Source: Octopus sinensis (Eukaryota). Taken from it: a stretch of DNA of 64,000 nt. Numbering within the stretch: position 1 is the first letter of the stretch; every line of letters starts with the position of its first letter. Both the position numbers and the translations under genes were made by a program. Below, piece after piece: positions 1 to 12,125 of this stretch. The stretch covers positions 59,148,001 to 59,212,000 of the forward strand of contig NC_042998.1 of NCBI RefSeq assembly GCF_006345805.1, given 5' to 3'. The notes beneath the pieces were generated by a model. The model made no database searches, was not told where the DNA came from, and was given only the letters and a program-made list of their open reading frames with translations.

Positions 1-1764
1 GTTCCCCCTGCAGTCGGGGAAGTGAGCAGAGCCATCAAAAAAATGTCCACCGGCAAAGCTCCAGGCTCTGACGCCATCCCTGCAGAGGTGTTCAAGTCGG
101 GAGGCCCCACCATGATCAGTCAGCTCACCAGCCTGTTCCAGTCGATGTGGGACAGGGAACAACTCCCTCAAGATTTCCGGGATGCAACAATCGTCCACAT
201 TTATAAGCGGAAAGGAGATCGGCAGTCCTGCGACAACCACCGAGGTATTTCCCTCTTGTCCATAGCAGGCAAGATCCTGGCCCGGGTCCTGCTTGACCGC
301 CTTCTGGAACACTTGGAGCAAGGCCTTCTCCCTGAGAGCCAGTGTGGCTTCCGTGCGGGTCGAGGGACCACTGACATGATATTCGCCGCCCGCCAGCTCC
401 AGGAGAAATGCATGGAGCAGCACCTTGACCTCTGCATGACCTTTGTTGACCTCACCAAGGCCTTTGATACAGTCAGTCGGGAGGGACTATGGAAGGTCAT
501 GGGAAAATTTGGTTGCCCCAGCAAATTTATTGCAATTGTCCGCCAGTTCCACGACGGAATGACAGCCAGAATCCTTGAGGACGGCGACTCATCTGAAGCC
601 TTCCAGGTGACCAACGGAGTCAGGCAGGGCTGTGTCCTGGCCCCAACACTGTTCAGCATCATGTTCTCGGCAATGATGTCCGACGCCTTTAGGGACTGCA
701 AGTCCGGTATCAACATCAAGTACAGGACAGACGGGAAACTTTTCAACTCCAGGAGATTGCAGGCTGTCACAAAGGTGAGGGAGACAGTCGTCAGAGACTT
801 TCTCTTTGCTGACGACTGCGCCCTTAATGCAATCGATGAGCAGGAGATGCAGCTCGAGATGGACAGGTTCTCATCAGCCTGTGACAACTTCGGTCTCACC
901 ATCAGTGCAAAGAAAACCGAAGTGATGTTTCAGCCAGCCCCCGGCAAACAATACCATGAGCCTCAGATAAGGGTGAACGGACGGATCTTACGAGTGGTGG
1001 AAAACTTCACCTACCTGGGCAGCACTCTCTCCTGCAATGCCAACATAGATGCTGAAACCATCAACAGAATCTCCAAGGCAAGCAGCGCATTTGGGAGACT
1101 GCGAAAGAAAGTCTGGGAGCGGAGAGGAATCAGCCTCAACACCAAGCTGAAAGTCTACCGGGCAGTCGTGCTTACCACTCTACTATACGGCTGCGAGACG
1201 TGGACTGCTTACCGAAGGCACGAGCGCCAGATAAACCACTTCCATCTCAGGTGTCTTCGGAATCTCCTTCACATCCGCTGGCAGGACAAAGTCCCAGACA
1301 CGGAAGTTCTGAAGCAGGCAGATCTCCCTAGCACCATCACAATCATGCGCAAGGCCCAGCTGAGATGGGCGGGCCACGTCTCCCGCATGTCCGACACTCG
1401 CATCCCAAAACAGCTCTTCTACGGTGAACTCGGCCAGGGCAGGCGCAAAGTCGGAGGGCAGAAAAAGCGCTACAAGGATAGTCTCAAGGTCTCTCTCAAA
1501 GACTTCTCCATCGGAACAGAGACCTGGGAGACACTTGCTGCCAACCGCTCATCCTGGCGCAGCGCAATCACCGTGGGAGCAGGGACAGCCGAGGAGGGAC
1601 GGATTCGGTCAGCGGAGCAGAAACGTCAGATGCGTAAAGTCAGAGCCGCCTGCACCAGTAGCACTGCCCCTACCCACTTCTGCCCCACCTGTGGGAGGGG
1701 CTTCCTTGCCCGGATTGGCCTCACCAGCCACCTCCGGTCTCATGGCGGCAGTTCCATCAGATGA
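1..1764 (+). CDS. RTE-clade (BovB-like) LINE ORF, 5'-partial: reverse transcriptase plus C-terminal C2H2-like finger
   Basis: Frame is open from base 1 (VPPAVGEVSRAIKKM...). RT motifs NHRGISLLS, QCGFR, FVDLTKAFDTV, GVRQGCVLAPTLF, FLFADDCAL and FTYLGS are present, followed by the RTE-type tail LRWAGHVSRM...CPTCGRGF..RIGLTSHLRSH. No stops or frameshifts. Confidence 0.95.
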   Translation, partial: VPPAVGEVSRAIKKMSTGKAPGSDAIPAEVFKSGGPTMISQLTSLFQSMWDREQLPQDFRDATIVHIYKRKGDRQSCDNHRGISLLSIAGKILARVLLDRLLEHLEQGLLPESQCGFRAGRGTTDMIFAARQLQEKCMEQHLDLCMTFVDLTKAFDTVSREGLWKVMGKFGCPSKFIAIVRQFHDGMTARILEDGDSSEAFQVTNGVRQGCVLAPTLFSIMFSAMMSDAFRDCKSGINIKYRTDGKLFNSRRLQAVTKVRETVVRDFLFADDCALNAIDEQEMQLEMDRFSSACDNFGLTISAKKTEVMFQPAPGKQYHEPQIRVNGRILRVVENFTYLGSTLSCNANIDAETINRISKASSAFGRLRKKVWERRGISLNTKLKVYRAVVLTTLLYGCETWTAYRRHERQINHFHLRCLRNLLHIRWQDKVPDTEVLKQADLPSTITIMRKAQLRWAGHVSRMSDTRIPKQLFYGELGQGRRKVGGQKKRYKDSLKVSLKDFSIGTETWETLAANRSSWRSAITVGAGTAEEGRIRSAEQKRQMRKVRAACTSSTAPTHFCPTCGRGFLARIGLTSHLRSHGGSSIR

Positions 1765-1810
1765 TGTCAGTTGGTCATCTTCGAACCGAAGGACGAACAT
1801 TATTATTATG
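1..1810 (+). mobile_element. RTE LINE 3' end with short 3' UTR and (TTA)n tail
   Basis: TGA at 1762-1764, ~35 nt UTR containing hairpin cttcg-aac-cgaag (1779-1791), then tattattat running into (TA)n/(TG)n. Confidence 0.9.
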
Positions 1811-1924
1811 TGTATATATATATATTATATATATATATGTGTGTGTGTGTATATATATATATGTATATATATATGTATGTGTGTATATATATATATGTAA
1901 ATATATATATATATATATTTGTAT

Positions 1925-2997
1925 TTACGTCGGTAAATCATAAATCCGGAATAGAAGCACACTCTAAGTTATGGAACAGTATATTATACACACATACACA
2001 AGGACACGTATTATAAAGTGGCGTATGTAAGTATGTATGTACATATATATGTATGTGTGTGTGGGGTGGGGGTGGGGGGTGGATGTGTGTGCAAATATGA
2101 ACGTTCTTAGATGTGTGTGTATAAGTGAACAAAGGTGAAGAAAATTCATTTCTTATTGAAAGCTATAGCAATGTAGATGGAACTTTTAAAACCAATACTA
2201 ACAAAATAAAGATATGAAAATATTGGCTTCAGATTTCGGCAATCGAAGTATCTAATTAAGTCTGATATGTCAGTTGTATATCCGTTTCAGAATCTGTTTG
2301 GAGGACAAAAGTAAAATACATACGATACATTAGCATAGCATAACAATCTTCCGTGTCAAACGAATTCCTGTGAAAATATCTTCCTGGTTACATCATATGG
2401 CTAGTATGAGAATATTTAAGATTGCCTAAATTTTTTAATGTGACAAGTGAGACTGTTCCATCGATGCAATCGTTGATAGGTATATTTCGTGCATACATTT
2501 ATTCAAGTTACTGTGTTGTACCTCTGATACTTTACACCGCGCATTAATGGACTTGCTATTTCTTCGAACCAAGCAGACTTTCGTGGATATATGATACAAA
2601 AACTCACATCTCCTTAAAATACACACATAGACACGAGACCATACATTTGGCTTGAATTACATCCACTGAAAGAGGTCTTGAAAATATATTCTATTACTGA
2701 CAGAAGCCATGCAAAATTATCAACCTCGATATCTCACCTATGCATGAACTAAAGAATCTTAAAAAGCATCAAAACCATTACAAATACTGGGGCCTTACAA
2801 AAATCTCGTGACACCAGGCTATTTGGCCATTTGTTTAGCAGCATTTCCTGTTCAGTATCAAATATGCTACAGATTTTACTAGCAGAAAGCACAAGTGAGA
2901 CCCAATTATTGTTCTCACGCGGTTTAACACCGACACCGCCAGATCTGCTACTTGTGTCTGCTTTCTGATACTTGTTTGCATCTCCAATTGACGCTGA

Positions 2998-3040
<43 letters not shown>

Positions 3041-3110
3041 ATATATATCGTCGGTAAATCATAAATCCGAAATAGAATCACACTCTAAGTTATAGAGCAC
3101 ACAAACACAC
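1925..3110 (+). repeat. Pair of ~60 bp direct repeats (about 1925-1990 and 3047-3110)
   Basis: cgtcggtaaatcataaatccg(g/a)aatagaa(g/t)cacactctaagttat occurs twice, each time after a (TA)n tract. Confidence 0.8.
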
Positions 3111-3240
3111 TCAAATACACACACATATAAAATCATATTATATATGTTTGTGTGAATGTGTGTGTATGTATATATATATGTGTAGGTATATATATATATA
3201 TATATATGTGTGTATGTGTGTATGTGTGTGTATACGCACT

Positions 3241-3620
3241 GGAGGCACAATGGCCCAGTAGTTAGGGCAGCGGAACCGCGGTCATAGGAGCGCGGTTTCG
3301 ATTCCAGACCGGGCGTCGTGAGTGTTTATTGAGTGAAAACACCTAAAGCTCAACAAGGCTCTGGCAGGGGATTGTGGCGAACCCTGCTATACTTTTTCAC
3401 CGCAACTTACTCTTATTCTTACTTCCTGTTTATGTTGTGTCTGTAATTCAAAGGGCCAGCCTTGTTACACTCTGTGTCACGCCGAATATCCCCGAGATCT
3501 ACGTTAAGGGGTGCACGTGTCTGTGGGGTGCTCAGCCACTTGCACGTTAATTTCACGAGCAGGCTGTTCCGTTGATCGGATCAACTGGAACCCTCGTCGT
3601 CGTAAGCGACGGAGTGCCAC
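3241..3620 (+). mobile_element. tRNA-derived SINE, apparently full length
   Basis: Head ggaggcacaatggcccagtagttagg...ggtttcgattccagaccggg has A-box (TGGCCCAGTAG) and B-box (GTTTCGATTCC) like motifs. 3' end carries hairpin cgtcg-taag-cgacg. Confidence 0.8.
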
Positions 3621-3646
3621 TAAAATTAAAATTATATATGCATATA

Positions 3647-3686
<40 letters not shown>

Positions 3687-5212
3687 TGTGTGTGTGGTGT
3701 GTGTGTGTGTAAAATAAACAGAAATAACGCCTTATATAAATTTATTTATTATAATGTATACAACCCATAATTTCTGTACATTTTATGTATCACTCTGTAC
3801 CAACAAATCACTTTTACTAAGTAACAGAAGCATGGATTTACAAACTTGACTTTGATTTCCGAATATCTGGCGTATAATACAGATCACAAGTCTTTTTCCT
3901 TATCCTGGTCGATTTTTATCAATAGAGAGCTGAAGAAGTGATTCGCCTGCATCACTTATCCCTTACCAATCCCACATTGGCCGTATAATTATAATGCATT
4001 GTTTAATCTCTTAGTAGTAAGGACGTGTTATTAATGATTTGTTTTAATTACACAGAGTAACAGGATTTTTGTTCATAGATAGCAACTGTTATCTCCTATT
4101 TGCTTGCCCCTAGAAAATATGAAAAATGGCTAATATTTCTTTCAAAGATTTGAAAGCAAGCCTTATGGCAACATTCACCAACTTAAACTAGGAGATGGTC
4201 CAGAAGAGTTGCAGGAGATTCCGAAGTCGTCTGGATGAGGTGGCTGAAGCTAACGGCAATTTTATTGAATAAATTTACTCTTTAGTTTTTCAGGGTTTTT
4301 AAATGTAATTTTGTTAAATATACCCATTAAAATGAGATGTCAGTGCTATATTCATTTTTGCCCGATTTAGACGACAATATATATGCTAGTAAGTAAGTAT
4401 GTATGTATGCTAGTAAGTAAGTATGTATGTAAGATGTATGTATGTTGATAAAGAAAAACATAAATGAATCAAGAATTTCGACTTTATTGAACCAATCAAG
4501 GTCACTGTCCACGCTGGTCACTTCTCCATATGTCTTTCTTTCTCGTAATCATTCTCACTACATATACGTATATACATATATACACTCACACACACACACA
4601 CACACACACATCTAGAGCCTAACACACTTACATACGCACAATCATCTGTGTTTATATGCTTGTTGCATATATATGTACTTAGATTGAATATAAAAAAATA
4701 TGTCCATCAGGTTTTATTATCATTGAGAATGATAAAGGTTCTCGTCCTCAAAACACAACAACAGGATTTTAAACTCCCTGCCTCTTCGTATTTCTCATAT
4801 CTCTTTCCTAATGCTTTTTGTTCCTTCTAAATAGTAAATGGCATAATTTTTTTTTTGAACGCAAATTTTAATGTAATTTTTAACTGTGCTTTGTTTTCCA
4901 TCTGAATACTTTAACTTTTTAATCATCAGACCAGATTAACATATTCATTGATCTTATCAATGCAAAGGTCGTAGATAGAGCTGTCTTCGCGACACTAAAT
5001 AAAGTAACTTTTGACTTACAATATTTAAACAAACAAACACTCAAACAAACATAAATACACACACTTAAACACAGACATAAGCACACATGTATGCATGTAA
5101 ATACATGGGTGTGTGCACATATGCGTGTGTGCATGTGTGTATGTCTATATATATACATATATACATATATCTTTATTTATATAAAAGTATATGTATGCAT
5201 TATATATATAAT

Positions 5213-5278
<66 letters not shown>

Positions 5279-5620
5279 TGTAGGTGGCTTACGAGTGGGT
5301 ACATATTTATAAAAAAGAAGTTTGAAAACGCCACTATATAAGATAAAGTTTAATTTCTTAGAGATTTTAAGTTTCAGTTTTTCTTGAATAACCGAACCTT
5401 ATCAAAAATATTTTGAAAAGTTAAGTGTAATAAAAAAGTTCATAATTGTTTCTTACTGCTCTCAACAGAGTCCACGTGGTGGTGTTTTGTGTGTGTGTGC
5501 GGGTGGGGGACCATAATAGCTGTCTCGTCCGTTGACTAGATTCGTTGGCAGTAATTGTGAAAATGACAAGCGGCCGCAATAGCAGTAGTAAGTATATATA
5601 TATATATATATATATATATA

Positions 5621-5843
5621 CTCTCTCTTTTACTCTTTTACTTGTTTCAGTCATTTGACTGCGGCCATGCTGGAGCACCGCCTTTAGTCGAGCAAATCGA
5701 CCCCGGGACTTATTCTTTGTAAGCCCAGTACTTATTCTATCGGTCTCTTTTGCCGAACCGCTAAGTGACGGGGACGTAAACACACCAGCATCCGTTGTCA
5801 AGCAATGCTAGGGGGACAAACACAGACACACAAACATATACAT

Positions 5844-5884
<41 letters not shown>

Positions 5885-6051
5885 TACGACAGGCTTCTTT
5901 CAGTTTCTGTCTATCAAATCCATTCACAAGGCATTGGTCGGTCCGGGGCTATAGCAGAAGACACTTGCCCAAGATGCCACGCAGTGGGACTGAACCCGGA
6001 ACCATGTGGTTGGTTAGCAAGCTACTTACCACACAGCCACTCCTGCGCCTA
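5621..6051 (-). mobile_element. tRNA-derived CORE-type SINE with internal microsatellite, full length
   Basis: Minus strand reads taggcgcaggagtggctgtgtggtaag...gggttcagtccc (Pol III head), ttgggcaagtgtcttct (CORE-like), internal (TA)n(TG)n, then tail gctccagcatggccgcagtcaaatgactgaaacaagtaaaagag. Several other copies are in the window. Confidence 0.85.
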
Positions 6052-6063
6052 TATATATATGTA

Positions 6064-6105
<42 letters not shown>

Positions 6106-6266
6106 CTATATATTTGTGAAAAGAGCGGACGTTGTCTTCACACTGACGAATCTTTAGTCTAATGAATAAACCTCGGTACTTGTTTTTTTTCTAACAGTCA
6201 CTTTTGGTAATTCATGGGAACGTAAACACCTAGGCTTGTTGTCAAACGGTAGTGGAAGACAAAAAT

Positions 6267-6299
<33 letters not shown>

Positions 6300-6329
6300 T
6301 ACAGACATACATGCACATATTTTCCGTGA

Positions 6330-7090
6330 TGGTAAAATCTAAAAATAATAATAACTCCGTCTAGTGAGAGGCAAATATTATTTAATAGACATAATAAAAG
6401 TTTTTTTATGTGCTACTAATAGTTTTATATGTTGAGAAATACCTCAAACATGTTCATCAGGAACAAACCACATAACATAACAAACTAAAAATTGAATGAG
6501 AGAAGAAACGAGAAAAGTTGAGAAGGAAACATATAGAAAATGCGGAAGGTTGAAAAATGGAGGACGAAAAACGGAAAATGAAACGATAATAAAGTAAAAC
6601 AAAAAGTAATAAAGGTAAACGAGTTACCGTCCTTAGACCTTAAATTATAAGTCTGAAAAGATATCAATAATTTAACCAGGTTTAGACAGAATTTTCCAAT
6701 TCTTCAAAATGTACTTCGATATATGTTTACAAACGCTAAATTTTAGACCTACAGTTCAGTAGTGTGTTAGGGATCTTAGCTCTGAAAAAGGTTCTGATCT
6801 CTTTCAGCTAAACATAGCTTACATTTATTTGATCCATTAAGATAAGGTGCGGACTTTCCAATTATTTTCCATTTAATCATACGCGGTGCTGCGTAAGATT
6901 TCAAAACCCATACGTAGCTAGTTAACTTAGTAGCTTTGCTTTTGTCTTTATGTTGGAAGGTGGCTATGTGACTGGAATAGCGATTTTTAAATTCTCATTC
7001 GCATAATCTAGTATAGGTTTTCTTATATGCTGTATTGTCATCTAGTGTTGCAGTAACATGCACCTCAAATATGAGATTTAATCATACATC
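6330..7090 (-). mobile_element. Decayed Penelope-like element 3' end (GIY-YIG endonuclease remnant plus terminal region)
   Basis: 7075 to 6791 translates LIFEVHVTAT...KTYTRLCE*EFKNRYSSHIATF...ATKLTSYVWVLK...IKWKIIGKSAPYLNGSNKCKLCLAE, followed by LLNCRSK. This fits the C-terminus of Neptune-like PLE proteins. Confidence 0.75.
6409..6464 (-). ncRNA. Degenerate type I hammerhead-ribozyme motif
   Basis: gttc CTGATGA [atg-t-ttgag gtattt ctcaa-cat stem II] AAAA (G12 changed to A) ctattagt A gcac. Lies in the PLE terminal region. Confidence 0.55.
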
Positions 7091-7374
7091 GATGGTCAAC
7101 TGAACATAATTAGCCATCAGGTTTTCAAAAATTACAGGAGGGTGACAAGACTGTTTATGTATATGAATGAGTTTTTCATTAGACTTATAGAAAGGTTTAT
7201 ACGAGGAGGAGTTCAAGTATAGGAAAACATCCAAAAAAATCAACTATAGACCGATTAGTAGCTACTGTATGTTTAAGGCCTAATTGACAGAAGGTCCATC
7301 ATATCGATGAGCGATATCCAAACAGTATATAAGGATGTGTGTGTGTGTGTGCGTGTGTGTGTGTTTGTATAAGC

Positions 7375-7528
7375 TAGGCTACTTTCAGTATCCGTCTACA
7401 AAAATCACTTGGGTCGGTCAGAGGCTATAGCAGAAGACGCCTGAACAAAGTGCCAGGCAGTAGGAGTAAACCCGAAATCTTGTAGTTGGGAAGCAATTAT
7501 CTTACCTCACAGCGACTCCTACGCCTAT
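7375..7528 (-). mobile_element. CORE-SINE head fragment, decayed
   Basis: Similar to 5880-6051: gctatagcagaagac...aaacccgaaa...acagcgactcctacgccta. Confidence 0.7.
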
Positions 7529-8598
7529 CTATCTCCCTCTATCTCCCTTTCCCTCCCCCCTCTCCCTACATATATATATATATATGTGTTTACATGTGCA
7601 TACATGTATGTATGTATGTATGTGTGTGTGTATGTATGTGTATTTTTTAGTGTGCATATTAAGATATGATTTAATATATATTGAAAAATAAAATTGTACC
7701 GCATTGTAAGAGAAATATTTTAAAGAATAGGTATTCGTTTTATATTTCAATAGTAAGAGAAATTCGTGTAACGTTTCGAATGAAAGTCATTCACCAGAAA
7801 ATTTAGATCTTATAGAGAGTGAAAAAGAGATATAATCAGAAAAGGGGTGAAAGACTAGTTGGAATACTGTCTTCTGTAGGGGGAAGTAAACAGAGAACAA
7901 GGAGTAGATGCAAGTATATCACTGGATCTGTCTGGAGGCCGGCATAAGTTAGGCCTGCATAAATTTATGTGTGTGGTTATGTGAATTATAGTGTAGGATA
8001 TGCGTATGTGTAGAAGTGTTTGCGGGCCGATGTGTAAAATGGTATGTTAGTAGAAGGTAGGTGTGCATGATCGTGGCAAGACAGCGTGAAAGCGAGCGTG
8101 AGAATAAAGCAAGAAAGGTTATGCTGAAGCAAATAGGATGGCGTGAGCAGTGATGGATATGTTTGCATGAGTATACTAAAACTATGTAAGTATGTGAAAC
8201 GTTTGACCAAGAAAAATAAAGAAATGCATGAATTCTGTGAAGAGAGGGAAAACAGAAAACACTTAAAAACTACATATCAGGGGTAAAAAGACCCGTAAGA
8301 ATTTGATGGAATGGACAAAGGATGATGAGAAACTGATAAAACCTAAAGGGATAAGATTACTCTAGTAAGAAGCTGGTAAACTTCAAACAGGGGAAACAGT
8401 TGTGTTGCATGGGCTTGAAGCCTGAGAGAACATTCATGGCGTAAAACAATTTGACACCCGTGCTCTATGCAAATGACGGTGTAAATAGAATTTATCCTTT
8501 TTGAAAGAGTGAAGGGTAAAGAGTAGAAAATAGAAGGATAGTAGCGGCAGCAGCAACAGCAGCAACAACAGAATCATTATCATCATCATCATCATCCT

Positions 8599-8630
<32 letters not shown>

Positions 8631-9129
8631 CAACAGCCCTCAAATACAACAAGACGACCAAAGTTTTTTTTCCAATCTGGGGTCTCCCGCCTCTAAGCCC
8701 TAGACCATCACCTAACCACCCTTACCCGTCTTGTTGCTTAACAAGAACAAGAACAACAGTAACAACAGTGGTTATAGCAGCAACAGCAGCAGCAGTAGTA
8801 GTGGAAAGTGGATGGAGTGGGTGATTGAATCCTTGCTGTCACCCAAGTTGGGAGGGGCAAAATGCGAATGAATGAGTGAGTGATTACACGTGGGTGAATA
8901 GAAGCATGAGTATGTGTATGTGTGTGCGTGCGTGTAGTGGGGTGACTGAGTGTTGGAAGCCAAGCCCAAGACTAAGGGTTTTTGAGTGGAGTGTTTGGCG
9001 GAGCGGAAATTCGAGAGGTGACTCATTGCCAATTGGTACATCCCTGTGACACTTCGTGGACCTGCAGTGTTTCGTTCAACATCCTTAAACAACACTTATT
9101 CAAGGACCTAGTTAGAGGGAAGAAAATTC

Positions 9130-9312
9130 TAACTGGACCCCACCTGAATCTTGTGAATCTTGATATGAAATCACCATGTCGCGCACATTTGGTTGCTCTG
9201 CATGTGTCTAGTGTACCCTTATCAAACGGGTAGTTATGATGGGTATACTGGACTTCGTATATTTGTACCTCAGTGCCACCTTGATAGCATGCACTGCTCT
9301 CTCACTCAATAA
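9130..9312 (+). mobile_element. SINE-like 3' portion
   Basis: Ends gtacccttatcaaacgggtagttatgatgggtatact...gatagcatgcactgctctctcactcaataa, which reads like a retroposon tail. No second copy in the window to confirm. Confidence 0.4.
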
Positions 9313-9819
9313 CTCATCCTTTCCATATAGACAATAGAGGGATGGCATCTTCCCTAACTTCTTTGGTAGAATTGATAGAGATCTTGGTTCAATTCAAAGG
9401 TCCACTGAAATTTCTCTCGGTAGTTTTGCGACCTGCGATAGCTGATTTTACTTTCCTGTTCAACCATGGTGTACGTAGTAACCCACCGTGTTAAGATTCA
9501 ATTCATTTTCGACGCTTGATTAGTGTTATGATCTTTCGTAAACAGAGGTGCTTTATCGCATTTATCCAAAGATAATCTGTCGTTTAGCAGGTCCGTATCA
9601 GGGTCTCAAGTTCTAGAAGTTACACTTCACTGCAAAAAAATAAGTCGTTTCCTTATGCCGACGTAATTTAAGTCAATGTAATATGTATGTATGGCATACA
9701 CACACACACACACACACACATAAATATATATATAAATACACGTACACCTATAAATATGTATGCGTATATATGTATAAATATACCTGTGTGTATGTGTGTG
9801 TGTGCGTGTTTGTGTGTAT

Positions 9820-9855
<36 letters not shown>

Positions 9856-11984
9856 ACTTTACTATTTGTTTAATTTTACGTTAAAGATGGAGTACACTAG
9901 ATGGAATATATTTTGTTGATAACAAAATGTACTCCATCTAGTGAGAGATGTAGATTGTTTAATGTACACAATATGCAGTTAGGAGCTACTTATAGTTTCA
10001 TTCATTGGAGATATCCAGACAGATTTTCAAACATGTCTTGTGTCTCCAAGTAATCTTAAGGCTCTGAGTACATAGCCTATACGAATTACAAATCAAGACA
10101 ATAGAACAGGAGAAGTCACGAGAATAAACAAGATGAAGGTGGGTTCAAGCAATGTAAAGATGAAAAGAACGACAAAAGAAATGATAAAAGAATCAGGTTT
10201 TCCACTTGATCAAGAGGAAAGTCGTAGGAAAATCCATGCTATATATTAACGAATCAAAAGCACGGAAGTTATGCATACCTGAAAGATCGAATATCCTTTT
10301 TGGATCCTGCACAACTGAATTCCAGATTTGAAAATTTCAGCAAATGCAAATACACGGACAATTTTCTTTTAGTGAATTGGAGAACACTACCCTCTCCCAA
10401 TGGAGCAGCTCTATTACAGACTTTAGGCCCTTTTCGTCGATTCTACACCATATAGCCTTACGATTCTTCGGTCAAAGAAGGTATAATTCACATTCTTTCT
10501 ACTTTTCTTTCGTTTTTCTCGTGATTTGTCTTCTATTGTCCTAATTTGTAACTTGTATAGGTCATACTTTCGGAGCGTGTATATGACTTGGTGAGATTAG
10601 GCGTGTTTTAAAACCTGCGTAGATAATATCTTCAATGTATGAAACAATATTAGTAGTTCATAATTATATACTCTGTACATTAAACTACATGTGTGTGTGT
10701 GTTTGCATATATATATATATGTATACACAAACACTCACTCACACACACACACATATGCGTACATGTACATATATATATAAATACCTATTACAGGCTTATA
10801 TATGTATGTATATATATTACACATATACTTAGATGTATATGTTGATATGCCATTGACAATTGAATGCTTCATATTGTTGTGAAATTTGAAAGTGCATTGT
10901 ATGAAATGTAATGGACTTATTCATTTAGCAAACTCTATAACTTCCGTTCATGTTTCGTATGATAAAGAAATGGCATCACTTGAAATGGTATACTACTAAT
11001 TATTTCCTATTAAGCATTTCAATAGCTGTAATCAGTTCTTTATTTCGAGATTAATGACATCGGTGTTCAGTAGAAAGTTCTGTAGTTGTAAGTAGTTATG
11101 TAAGTAGTCTTGTTTTGAGTAAGACCTTGGAAGTAAGAACAGTAGAGCTGGCAGAAGAAAGATTGTTAGTTTATATATACCTCTGTATGAGATAATGGAT
11201 TGGGATATAGATGTGTATTACATTATATAGGATAAAATAAGAAAATATTTGAAGATAATGACTGCGACATAAGAATCACGTTTTTGGAGTCTTAGTCATC
11301 TGCACTTAATCATGGATCGAAGTAAGAATTTTTGAATTTGTTTTTATTTGCTTAACATTCAGTCGAACTATGAAGTGGGCTATTTGACAATGCGATGCAA
11401 AATTCCATGTGCTGACGCAGGAGGATTGATTGGTTATATAAATGACAGAAACTATTCTTGGCCAGATGTCGTACAACTGAATTTAGTGACCTTTTTCTGG
11501 AAGGGGACATGAAATAGTATATTTGCGTCTTAGGAGTAAGGCAGATGAAATATGTGAAATAAGTGAAATATGTGAAAATGAGCATGAGAATATAGCAAGA
11601 AAGGGGGGAAAATTTATTTTACAGCTTGAGGGGATAAACAGCGTCAGCAGCAATTCTTTAATGGGGTGTCTGTTTTTTAGTGGGATTCTGAAGCATTGAA
11701 GAAGAAATATTGCTGTTTTTCACTTGAGTTGAGCTATATTATGTCCTCAACATGGTTGGTATATGTTTCAACATCCCAAACATTGATTTGAAGTGTTGAG
11801 CGAGTTTATTGGTTTGCCCGATGTTGGAGCCCTGTATTGTTAGCTTGTCAATGGTTTAGTAAAAGAAAGCAAAGCACTACCTCAAGCCTTCGGATACATA
11901 GGGTTTGTTATTCTGTTTCTACGGCGTATAAGTGATCGAAATCATAACATACCCCATGAAGGGGATTTCGGTTTATCTCAGAGT

Positions 11985-12125
11985 TAGTCCTTGACATCAG
12001 AGCGGGCTGGAATAACGTGAAGTGAAGTGTTTTGCGTAAGAACACATGATACCAACCAGTTCGGGTATGGAAGTTATGATCTTGCCAACGTAAGTGCAAC
12101 AGTCTAATGGCTAGAGGCTTTTGCA
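11985..12125 (-). mobile_element. Decayed tRNA-SINE head
   Basis: Minus strand gtgcaaaagcctctagccattagactgttgcacttacg...tgtgttcttacgcaaaacacttcacttcacgtt resembles the + strand copy at 41600-41800. Confidence 0.5.

Noticed and set aside
201-902. 233 aa antisense ORF over the RTE RT
   Set aside because: Shadow frame of a GC-rich coding sequence; no recognisable motifs.
3241-3315. tRNA-like sequences here and at other SINE heads
   Set aside because: They continue into SINE bodies and tails and lack a complete cloverleaf, so they are not called as tRNA genes.
7780-8450. Purine-rich stretch that might be a LINE 3' end
   Set aside because: Translation gave no convincing motif.
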